The position numbers and the translations under genes are program-made. DNA of 64,000 nucleotides. It comes from an uncultured Thermoleophilia bacterium (GTDB lineage Bacteria; Actinomycetota; Thermoleophilia; UBA2241). Location: the NCBI GenBank assembly GCA_963751215.1, contig CAVVTV010000025.1, positions 58,745 to 122,744 of the forward strand, read 5' to 3'. Under the pieces are notes generated by a model, which searched no databases, was not told the origin of the DNA, and worked only from the letters and a program-made list of their open reading frames with translations. Positions 50,581 to 58,542 of this stretch are shown piece by piece. Numbering within the stretch: position 1 is the first letter of the stretch; each line of letters begins with the position of its first letter.

Positions 50581-53500
50581 CTACCGGCGCACCTTACCGG
50601 CGTACCGCCGCCGCCCGGCGGCGCGCACGTCGGTCATCCCCGAGCGCCGCGCCGGCCGGCCCCGTAAGCGCCAGGCGAAGCCGGCCAGGCGCGCCTCGTC
50701 GATGGGATCGCCGTCGTTGTACACGAACAGGACGGGCAGGCCGGCCTCGCGGCGAAGCTGCGCTTCGGCGATCAGGGCCGGCCCGCAGCCCCGCGGAGCC
50801 ACGCTCACGACGCCATCCACCGGCTGCGTGCGCCAGGTAAGGAGTGAACCGCCCACGGTGGGGATGGTTTCGCCGAACGGGTAACCGCAGGTGAGCCGGC
50901 GACTCTCGCGGTCTACGGCGCGCACGTCGTTCCAGAACACCCAGGGGTGTACCGCGCGCACGGTGCGTACCAGGCGGCGGATCACGTAGTGCATGGTCGC
51001 CAGTGTCGCCTCCTTCTCGGGACGCTTGCGCAGCGGCACGCCGTCCTGGATCTGGCGGAGTTGTAGCAGTTCGAAGAAGGCGCCGAACGGTTCGAAGATC
51101 ACCCGCAAGCCGTGGTCGGAGAGCTTGCGCTGTAGATCGTCGTTGCCCCACTCGTCCACGCGCAGATAGATGTCGCCGCTCAGGTAGACGTCACGCAGGT
51201 CGGCTTCACGGGCGCCATCGAGGGGCTGCTCGCGAAAACCCTCGGCAGCCTCCGCGAGCAGCCCCTCGACGGCGGCGCAGAAGCCGAAGGCGCCGCGCGT
51301 GTTGCCGGCCAGGCCGGCATCGGGCCGTGGCGCCTCCAGCATCGCCTCGAGACGGTCGGAGAACCGCCGGAAGAGCGTATCGGCCGCGCCCCGTTCGCTC
51401 TCGGCCGCCAGGTTGTAGAAACGCATCATGTTGAGCAGGTCCACGGCCACCAGGGCCGTCCATACCACCGGCATCATGCGCAGGTTGCTGGTCACCAGGC
51501 TGAAGTCGGCGACCTCCACCCGCTCCCCTAGCCCCAGGCGATCCAAGGTGAGCTGCTGGGCCAGCGGGAAGAGGTTGGCGCGGCAGGCCTGAAACCCGCT
51601 GCCGGCGCTGAGGAACAGGGCCTTGCGGCCGTCCAGGCGCGGCGCCTCCTCCTCGAGGAAGCGCGCCAGCGTGCCCCAGATGAGCTGGTAGGGCAGGCAC
51701 TCCTTGCCGGAGCAGGCCGACCCGGCGGCGCGCAGCGCCGCCGGGTCGGCCTCACCGACGAACGTGGCGTCAAAGCCGGCGCCGCGCATAGCCGCCGCGA
51801 GATGCTTGCCCAGGCCGCCGCCGATGTGCCCGAAGAAGTAGCGATCGTAGTCGCCTGGGTCGAGGCTGTGCCGCAGACGCCTGTCGTAGCGCGCCAGGCG
51901 TTCCGGCGTGAGAGCGTGGTGACCGCCGGCCTGCCATCCTCGCACGCTGTGCAGAAAGGCCTGCACGCGGGTTACGTAGCCGGCCTTGCCGCCGTGGCCG
52001 TCGCTCTCGAGCACAGCGTGCGGCCAACCTTCCACGAGATCGGCGAAGAGGTGCTCGGCCATGGAGTTGGGACCGCAGCCGTAGGCGCCGAGCAGCAGAG
52101 GGAACACATCGCCGGCCTGGGCGCCGGCCATGGCCGCCCGCAGAGACTGACCGGCGCTGGCCCAGTGCACGCGCCGCAGACCGGGCGTCTCGCCGGGCAC
52201 GGCTGAGCAGTCTACCGGCACCGGCAGGGCGCCGTTGGCGGCCACCAGCTCGTGGATGCCGGCGTCCAGAAGTGTGTCGTGAATCACGTGTGTCTCGCCG
52301 ATGATGAGCACCACCGGATACCCGTGCCGTCGCGCCCACTCGAGCGCGCGCGCGCCGATGGCGCGCAAGCCGGTCTCGAAGCGGCGCTGCGCGGCGAGGG
52401 CGGCGGCGTAGGCGGCGCGCGCCTCATGCGCGCCGTGGACCACCGCCCCGGTACCGTCGGCCAGCGCCCGGGCAGCGCCCTCCAGCGCGCGCCGGAAGCG
52501 CGGCGAGTCGAAGCCCTCACCTTCCTTGTCGAAGAACACCGGCCGCAGCACACGCGTCGGCGAGCCCTCGGCGGCGAGCGCCCGCGCGACCATGTCGGGC
52601 GCGCCTTGAGCCATGGGACAGGTGTAAGTGAGGGCCCCGGCGTTGGGCAGCGGCAGATGCACAAACACCGGCGCCAGCAGCACATCTACGTCGGCCAGGG
52701 CAAGGCCGTGCAAGATCTTCACCGGGGCGCAGGCGCCGGGCGCGGCGCAGGCGCGATCGCCCTCCGCCAGAGTCCCGGCGCCGGGCCGCAGCACCTCCAC
52801 GCGGTAGCCAAGCCGCGAGAAGAACGTGTGAAAGAACGGCAGCGTGTCGATCAGGTAGTGCGCGTAGGGCAGCCCTATGCGTGGGGCGTCGGGGAGGCCA
52901 GCCTCTCCGTGGAGCGCGCCTGCGACCGCCCTCCCGCCGGCGAGGGCAGCCGCCGACAGCAGCTCGTCGAGCAGCTCACGGCGCTCGCGGTAGGGGTTGG
53001 GTGCATCCTTGGGCAGCTTGCCGCCCGCCGCCGACACGGCGTCGTACTTGGGGCACTGGCCGCCGCTCACCACCTTCTCGCGCGCGCCGCCTACGTCTAT
53101 CTCCGCGAGCTCCAGACGGCAGAGGTTGCGGCAATCGCCGTCTTTGCACTGAAACTCGCCACGGGCGGCCACGCGAGCCTCGAACACGCGCGAGAGATCG
53201 AGAGGCGCGGTCCCATCGCACGCGCCCCCGGCCCGGTCGATGCCGGCGCGCAGCGCTTCGCCGGCCAGCATGGCGATACCCACCGCACCCATGGCACCGG
53301 GATCGGCCGGCACGTAGACGTCGCGCTCGAGCACGGCCGCCAGGGTGCGCGCCAGCGCCGGGTCGCTGGCCGGCTTGCCCTGAAAGAACACCCGGCTCTG
53401 CAACCGGCGCTGCCCCATGACCCGGCTACGATAGTTGCGCACCACCGAGTACTGCAGGCCGGCGAAGATGTCGGCGCGACTGAAGCCGTCGCCGAGCGCT

Positions 53501-55176
53501 TCCGCGGCCACGTCGGCGACGAACACCGTGCATGTCTGCCCCAGATCGGGTGGACCGTCGCTGAGCGCCGCCAAACGGCCGAGCTCGGTGATGTCGTCGA
53601 CACCGTAGGCGAGTGCCTGCTCCTCCAGAAACGAGCCGGTACCGGCACTGCACACGCGGTTCATGTCGGCATCGATCACGCGGCCGTTCTCGACGCTGAT
53701 GAACTTGGCATCCTGGCCGCCGATCTCGACGATGGAGAGACTGCGGCCGCCATCCGGGTCGAGCCTGGCCGCGGCCGTGGCGTGCGCCACGATCTCGTTC
53801 TGCACGGTGAGGCGCGCCGCGAGCCCCGGATACGCCGCCCGAAATACGGCTGCCGCGGCATCGCGACCCGAACCGGTGAGGCCTACGGCCACTACCGGCA
53901 CGGGCACCATCTCGGCGATCTCGGCCACCAGCGCCTGGGCGGCCTCCACGGGGTTGCCCTCGGTGCGACGGTAGACGCTCGCCAGGGTCGCTCCCGTGGC
54001 AAGGCCGAGCAGCGCGGCCTTTGAACCGGTCGACCCGAGGTCGAGACCGAGCACGGCGGGCGCGGCCTGGTCGCCCGAGGCAGCCGCCGCCGGCTTGCCG
54101 GAGGCGGGCGCGCCGCGTGACATGACCGTCTCGCACGCGCTCTCTGGGTCACCCTGCCGAGCGCCGAGATGCACCACCGCACCCGGACCCTCGCGCGCCG
54201 GCCGCAGGCTCGCGATGCGGCTGCGCGCAGGTCGCACCAGACGTTCGGGGTCGACCGGGAACTGCTCCGCCTCGCGCAACCCCGCGGCCGTCGTGGTGGC
54301 CGGCGCGGCGCGCGGCGCGCGCGCGCCACCCAGGGCGACGTGCCTTAGCGCTCCCAGGGCCTCGAAGACGCCAGCCTGCTCCGCGACACGCACCGGCGCC
54401 GCGCTGAGGCTCGCGACGGCGTCGGCGATGGGCACGATGAGGGCGCCGTGGCCCACCAGCAGCACCGGCCCATCGACCTTGCTCCTGTCGTACAGGCTGT
54501 GCACGTTGCGCGCGACCCCGGTGAACAGACCCGCGAAGATGTTGCCGTGCGGCTCGCCCTGATTGGCGAAGTGGGTGAGCTCGCTCTTCGCGAACACCGC
54601 GCAGCGGCTGGTCACGGTGACGCCGTGAGAGCTCGCCTGAGCCAGCGCCACGGCTTCGTCGAGCGAGCGGCCCAGACGGGCGCACAAGCCTTCTACGGTC
54701 TCACCGGTACCCGCGGAGCACCGCTCGTTGGCCTCATAGCGCACGCCGCCGCTGGCGTCTCGGCTCAGCACCGAGTAGCCGCCACCGCCGATGCGCACCA
54801 CGTTGAGCGGTCCGTCCGGGTACAGCCAGGCGGCGGCGGTCTCCAGGGCGATCTCCTCCGGCAGGCCACCGCGCGCAGGGGCGGCCAGGCGCTCGCCGTA
54901 CACGCCAGTCGCGGCGATGCCGGCGATGCGCCTGTGGTCGAGCTCGCGATACAGATCGAGGAACGGGCGCAGCGGATCGCCGAGGTGCCGTCTAGCGCGG
55001 GTCTCGACGACGTTCAGCTCGCCACCCGGGTCGAGCGCGCCCACGGCCAGCGACGTGGTGACCTTGCCGAGATCGACGCCGACGTACAGGCGGAGGCGTG
55101 CTGCGTGAGCGTTGTCCAGAGCGTCATCTCCCTGCCGGGACGACAGTGGTGATAGTTTACCGGCTGCGCTTGTCAC
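50581..55176 (-). CDS. BCR/HAD-family multidomain protein: two HgdC/BcrAD-type ASKHA activase domains + DUF2229-like + 2-hydroxyacyl-CoA dehydratase-like domains (PlsA/PlsR-fusion or Ger-like)
   Basis: Track ORF 50581..55611 trimmed because its first ~140 codons are antisense to the zincin gene; candidate starts GTG 55176 or GTG 55200. Domain 1 VGVDLGKVTT...NERCSAGTGETVE...SRCAVFAKSE; domain 2 LGLDLGSTGSKA...NRVCSAGTGSFLEE...CTVFVADV. Then ...IGLPYAHYLIDTLPFFHTFFSRLGYRVEV... and Cys-containing dehydratase-like regions. Confidence 0.8.
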   Translation of the reverse strand: MTSAAGKLSPLSSRQGDDALDNAHAARLRLYVGVDLGKVTTSLAVGALDPGGELNVVETRARRHLGDPLRPFLDLYRELDHRRIAGIAATGVYGERLAAPARGGLPEEIALETAAAWLYPDGPLNVVRIGGGGYSVLSRDASGGVRYEANERCSAGTGETVEGLCARLGRSLDEAVALAQASSHGVTVTSRCAVFAKSELTHFANQGEPHGNIFAGLFTGVARNVHSLYDRSKVDGPVLLVGHGALIVPIADAVASLSAAPVRVAEQAGVFEALGALRHVALGGARAPRAAPATTTAAGLREAEQFPVDPERLVRPARSRIASLRPAREGPGAVVHLGARQGDPESACETVMSRGAPASGKPAAAASGDQAAPAVLGLDLGSTGSKAALLGLATGATLASVYRRTEGNPVEAAQALVAEIAEMVPVPVVAVGLTGSGRDAAAAVFRAAYPGLAARLTVQNEIVAHATAAARLDPDGGRSLSIVEIGGQDAKFISVENGRVIDADMNRVCSAGTGSFLEEQALAYGVDDITELGRLAALSDGPPDLGQTCTVFVADVAAEALGDGFSRADIFAGLQYSVVRNYRSRVMGQRRLQSRVFFQGKPASDPALARTLAAVLERDVYVPADPGAMGAVGIAMLAGEALRAGIDRAGGACDGTAPLDLSRVFEARVAARGEFQCKDGDCRNLCRLELAEIDVGGAREKVVSGGQCPKYDAVSAAGGKLPKDAPNPYRERRELLDELLSAAALAGGRAVAGALHGEAGLPDAPRIGLPYAHYLIDTLPFFHTFFSRLGYRVEVLRPGAGTLAEGDRACAAPGACAPVKILHGLALADVDVLLAPVFVHLPLPNAGALTYTCPMAQGAPDMVARALAAEGSPTRVLRPVFFDKEGEGFDSPRFRRALEGAARALADGTGAVVHGAHEARAAYAAALAAQRRFETGLRAIGARALEWARRHGYPVVLIIGETHVIHDTLLDAGIHELVAANGALPVPVDCSAVPGETPGLRRVHWASAGQSLRAAMAGAQAGDVFPLLLGAYGCGPNSMAEHLFADLVEGWPHAVLESDGHGGKAGYVTRVQAFLHSVRGWQAGGHHALTPERLARYDRRLRHSLDPGDYDRYFFGHIGGGLGKHLAAAMRGAGFDATFVGEADPAALRAAGSACSGKECLPYQLIWGTLARFLEEEAPRLDGRKALFLSAGSGFQACRANLFPLAQQLTLDRLGLGERVEVADFSLVTSNLRMMPVVWTALVAVDLLNMMRFYNLAAESERGAADTLFRRFSDRLEAMLEAPRPDAGLAGNTRGAFGFCAAVEGLLAEAAEGFREQPLDGAREADLRDVYLSGDIYLRVDEWGNDDLQRKLSDHGLRVIFEPFGAFFELLQLRQIQDGVPLRKRPEKEATLATMHYVIRRLVRTVRAVHPWVFWNDVRAVDRESRRLTCGYPFGETIPTVGGSLLTWRTQPVDGVVSVAPRGCGPALIAEAQLRREAGLPVLFVYNDGDPIDEARLAGFAWRLRGRPARRSGMTDVRAAGRRRYAGKVRR

Positions 55177-55232
55177 CCGCCCAGCGGAGCCACCGTTCAC
55201 GAGAGTCTCGGCACGACCTGTGGCCGGGCGGG

Positions 55233-55238
55233 TATAGT
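55233..55238 (+). promoter_or_regulatory. Putative -10 box TATAGT, 7 nt upstream of GTG 55246 (leaderless)
   Basis: gcgggTATAGTgagcaccGTGaag. Confidence 0.4.
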
Positions 55239-55245
55239 GAGCACC

Positions 55246-56076
55246 GTGAAGAGTGACGACGCACACCTCGATCCGGCCATCCAGCGCGAGCTGGACGATG
55301 CCTGGGATGCTCTCGACGGCGGCGATCTGGGAGCGGCGGCGCGGGCGCTCGCGAGCGCCCGCGCCGCCGCTCCCGACGCCCCCGCCGTGCTCGAGACCGA
55401 GGTGGCGCTGGCCACCGCCTCGGGCGACCACGCGGCGGCGCTCGACGCGTACCGCCGCTGGAGCGCGGCCGACCCCGACGATCCCGAGCCTTGGATCGGC
55501 TCGGCCGAGGTGCACCTCGAGCAGGGCGAGGCCGGCGAGGCCGCGCGCTTGCTGCGCAAGCTGCTCGCCGGCCCCGAGCTCGATATCTTCGCCGAGGCCG
55601 ACGCCCGTCATCTGCTGGGCGCCGCCTGCGCCGAGAAGGGCGACCGGCGCTGCATGGTCAAGGAGTGGCTCGCGGTGCTACGCCTCGACGCGGCCGGCGA
55701 GAGCCCGCAACCTATCGTGAGCCCCGAGCAGTTCGAGCGCACCGCCGCGGCGGCCCTTGAGGAACTGCCGTCCGACGTTCTGGAGCGCCTGCGCAACGTG
55801 CCCATACTCGTCGAAGACCGGCCCTCGCAGGCGCTCGTACTCGAGGGCCTCGATCCGCGCACCCTGGGCCTCTTTCACGGCATCGCCATGCCCAACCAGT
55901 CGGTGCTCGGACCCGGTCCGGAGACAGGTCTCATCCACCTCTTTCAGCGCAACCTCGAGCGCGAGATAGACGACGAGGACGAGCTGGCCGAGCAGATCCG
56001 TATCACGGTGCTCCACGAGACGGCGCACTACTTCGGCGCCAGCGAAGACGATATGCCGCGCTTCGGGCTGAACTGA
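55246..56076 (+). CDS. Zincin-type metallopeptidase-family protein (DUF1025-like, HExxH) with N-terminal TPR-like region
   Basis: Track ORF 55237..56076; start moved to in-frame GTG 55246 because 55237 lies inside the -10 box. C-terminus ...NVPILVEDRPS...LGLFHG...IHLFQRNLERE...ITVLHETAHYFGASEDDM... Confidence 0.75.
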   Translation: MKSDDAHLDPAIQRELDDAWDALDGGDLGAAARALASARAAAPDAPAVLETEVALATASGDHAAALDAYRRWSAADPDDPEPWIGSAEVHLEQGEAGEAARLLRKLLAGPELDIFAEADARHLLGAACAEKGDRRCMVKEWLAVLRLDAAGESPQPIVSPEQFERTAAAALEELPSDVLERLRNVPILVEDRPSQALVLEGLDPRTLGLFHGIAMPNQSVLGPGPETGLIHLFQRNLEREIDDEDELAEQIRITVLHETAHYFGASEDDMPRFGLN

Positions 56077-56113
56077 CGCGCGCCCGGCGCGACCCGGGGC
56101 GCGAACCGCAGCC

Positions 56114-56719
56114 TCAGGGAGCCGCGGAAAGGCCGAGCAGTTGCAGGGCGCGCTTCTTGAGCGCGCCGCCGATCTCGGCCTTGGCCTCTTCGTCGGCACC
56201 GCCGCCGATGAGAAACGCGTAGCCCTCCTCGAGAGCTTTGACGCTCACGGCCAGCTCGTGGGCGTCGTCGTGCCCGAGCTCGCCGGCGGCCATGCACTCG
56301 CCCAGCGTGGCCTCGACCAGATCCAGCGACACCTCGTACAAGGTGGCGAAACGCCGTCGCACCTGGGCATGACGCAGGCTGATGTAGAAACACGCGTAGA
56401 ACACGCTGTCGTCGAGAAGCTGGTGGTACTCCGGGTCGAAGAACGTGTCGAGGATGGCTCGCAGACGCTCGCTGGGGTCGCCGATCGCGGCCAGCCGGTC
56501 GCCGTAACCTTGGCGATACTCTTCGAGCAGGTAGTCGACCAGCTCGATGGTCATCTGCTCCTTGGTGCCGAAATAGTGAATGAACAGGCTGGGCGGCGCG
56601 TCGATGACCTTCGCGATCTTGGCAATCGATGCGCCCTGCAACCCTTCATCCTTAAGCACTTGATAGTACGCCGCGAGCATCTCGCGACGTCGGAGCTTCG
56701 CCCACTCCTCGCGTCTCAC
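56114..56719 (-). CDS. TetR-family transcriptional regulator
   Basis: Trimmed to GTG 56719 with SD GGGAGG 7 nt upstream; ...REMLAAYYQVLKDEGLQGASIAKIAKVIDAPPSLFIHYFGTKEQM... Confidence 0.85.
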   Translation of the reverse strand: MRREEWAKLRRREMLAAYYQVLKDEGLQGASIAKIAKVIDAPPSLFIHYFGTKEQMTIELVDYLLEEYRQGYGDRLAAIGDPSERLRAILDTFFDPEYHQLLDDSVFYACFYISLRHAQVRRRFATLYEVSLDLVEATLGECMAAGELGHDDAHELAVSVKALEEGYAFLIGGGADEEAKAEIGGALKKRALQLLGLSAAP

Positions 56720-56849
56720 TCCGGCACCTCCCGGCGCGGAGTCTTCGTACGCACCCCGGCGCCCACTCCTTACTCGCCCTGCGGAACACTGTATCTGCTC
56801 GGCGACGGCGCGCAAAGATGTTCAACGTTTGACCGCCACAGGGAGTGTC

Positions 56850-56865
56850 GACTGAACGTACAGTC
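56850..56865. promoter_or_regulatory. Near-palindrome GACTGAACGTACAGTC (14/16) in the TetR/peptidase divergent region; candidate TetR operator
   Basis: A related AACGTT core lies at 56824-56829 (gttcAACGTTtgac). Confidence 0.3.
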
Positions 56866-56996
56866 AGGGGCGCGCCGGCGCCTGAGCCTGCTGCCCCGCA
56901 GGCGCGTTTCAGCCGGGATTCATGCCTGCCGGCACGCTGCCGATGAAGAAGATACACTGGGGTTTTCGAGACCTGCCGTGGAAAGAGGTCGGTAGC

Positions 56997-58493
56997 ATGC
57001 GCAAGACCATGCCAAAGGCGGCGCTCGCTTTGGCGTTCGTGGTTCTCGCCGTCGTGGCCGCACCGGCCGGCGCGGCGCGACCTACGTTCGCCCCGGAGCA
57101 GCCCAATCCGGCCTTCGCGCAGGCTATGCGCGAGCGCGCGACGACCTGGTCCGACCGGCTGCCCAACCCCGTACAGATGCACGTGAGCGCGGCTACCGAG
57201 GCGCGGCTGGCGCGCCAGGACGACCTTCAGCCCACGTACGACCTGCGCTCCCTGGGTCGGCTCACCGCAGTGCGCGACCAGGGCATCTGGGGAACCTGCT
57301 GGGCGTTCGCCAACATGGGGGCGCTCGAGTCGCACCTGCTGGTGGTAAACGCGGCCGACAGGCACAACTTCAGCGAAGATAACCTGATCACGCGCAGCGG
57401 CTTCGGGCCCTTCAGCTGGACCCTAGGCCAGGAGCCCCCCATCCTGCCCAGGAACCGCCTCTACAAGGCCGGGGGCTGGGATGCCATGGCCGTGGCCTAC
57501 TTCGTGCGCTGGGCCGGTCCCGTCAACGAGAGCGACGACCCCTACCACACCCCCACGCCGCCACGCGTCAACCACGTGCGTGAGCACGTGCAGGACGTAA
57601 TCATGCTTCCCGGCCGCAGCGGGCCCCTCGACAACGACCTCATCAAGCAGATGGTCGAAACGTACGGCGCCATCAGCGTGGGCATGTACTTCAACTGGGA
57701 CTTCGACTCCTCGGTCGGCGTCAGCCCGGGCGCGGCCGCATACTACTGCAATGTGAAGGCCGGCGAGCCGTACGACGGCGAGACGGTCGGCGAGAACCAC
57801 GGCGTCGATATCGTCGGCTGGGACGACAACTACTCGGCCGCGAACTTCACGGCGTCGGACGGCGTGCCGCCGGGCGACGGCGCCTTCCTGGTGCGCAATA
57901 GCTGGGGCTCCGCGTACGGCGACGGCGGCTACTTCTGGGTCTCGTACTACGACCTCTCGTTCGCCTACGGCGACACGACCGTATACACCGACGTGGAGCC
58001 CACCAGCAACTTTAGCCACATCTACCAGTACGACACGCTCGGCCTGGTGTCCAAACGACAACTCAGCGGTGTGTCTCACCCAGACACGATCTCGTTCGCC
58101 AATCGCTTCACCGCCACTGCCACCAGCACCATCTCCGCCGTCGGCTTCTATGCCACCGGCGCCAACGCCACCTACACCGTGTACGCGGGACCTACCCTGG
58201 CCTCCCTCAAGACGCGCGGCAGCGGCACCCTGGCGCTGCCGGGCTACTTCACCGTCGATCTCGGCCGGCCCCTGCATGTGCGCGCCGGCCACCAGTTCGT
58301 GGTCGCCGTGCGCATCACCACGCCAGGCACCAGCCCGCTGCCGCTGGAGCTGCCCAAGCGCGACTACTCGAGCCTCGCTACGGCGTCACCCGGCCAGAGC
58401 TTCGTGCGGGCCGGGGCCGGGCGCTGGTGGGACGTTACGTCGTTCAAGGGATGGAAGAAAGCTAACGTGTGCCTCAAGGCGTTCGCGAGCTAG
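56997..58493 (+). CDS. Secreted papain-like cysteine peptidase (C1 family) with C-terminal beta-rich domain
   Basis: Trimmed to ATG 56997 (SD GAAAGAGG; signal peptide MRKTMPKAALALAFVVLAVVAAPAGA). Cys QGIWGTCWAF, His GENHGVDIVGWDD, NSWGSAYGDGGYFWVSY. Confidence 0.85.
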   Translation: MRKTMPKAALALAFVVLAVVAAPAGAARPTFAPEQPNPAFAQAMRERATTWSDRLPNPVQMHVSAATEARLARQDDLQPTYDLRSLGRLTAVRDQGIWGTCWAFANMGALESHLLVVNAADRHNFSEDNLITRSGFGPFSWTLGQEPPILPRNRLYKAGGWDAMAVAYFVRWAGPVNESDDPYHTPTPPRVNHVREHVQDVIMLPGRSGPLDNDLIKQMVETYGAISVGMYFNWDFDSSVGVSPGAAAYYCNVKAGEPYDGETVGENHGVDIVGWDDNYSAANFTASDGVPPGDGAFLVRNSWGSAYGDGGYFWVSYYDLSFAYGDTTVYTDVEPTSNFSHIYQYDTLGLVSKRQLSGVSHPDTISFANRFTATATSTISAVGFYATGANATYTVYAGPTLASLKTRGSGTLALPGYFTVDLGRPLHVRAGHQFVVAVRITTPGTSPLPLELPKRDYSSLATASPGQSFVRAGAGRWWDVTSFKGWKKANVCLKAFAS

Positions 58494-58542
58494 GCACGGC
58501 GGCCGGCGCCGGCGAGGCGCAGGCTTAAGGAGGAGCGCCGGC

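Noticed and set aside
56993-56998. TAGCAT overlapping the C1 peptidase ATG as a leaderless -10 box that would move the start to ATG 57009.
   Set aside because: The spacing to 57009 would be 10 nt, outside the 6-9 nt range seen elsewhere. A good SD (GAAAGAGG) is correctly spaced for ATG 56997. The signal peptide is intact with either start.
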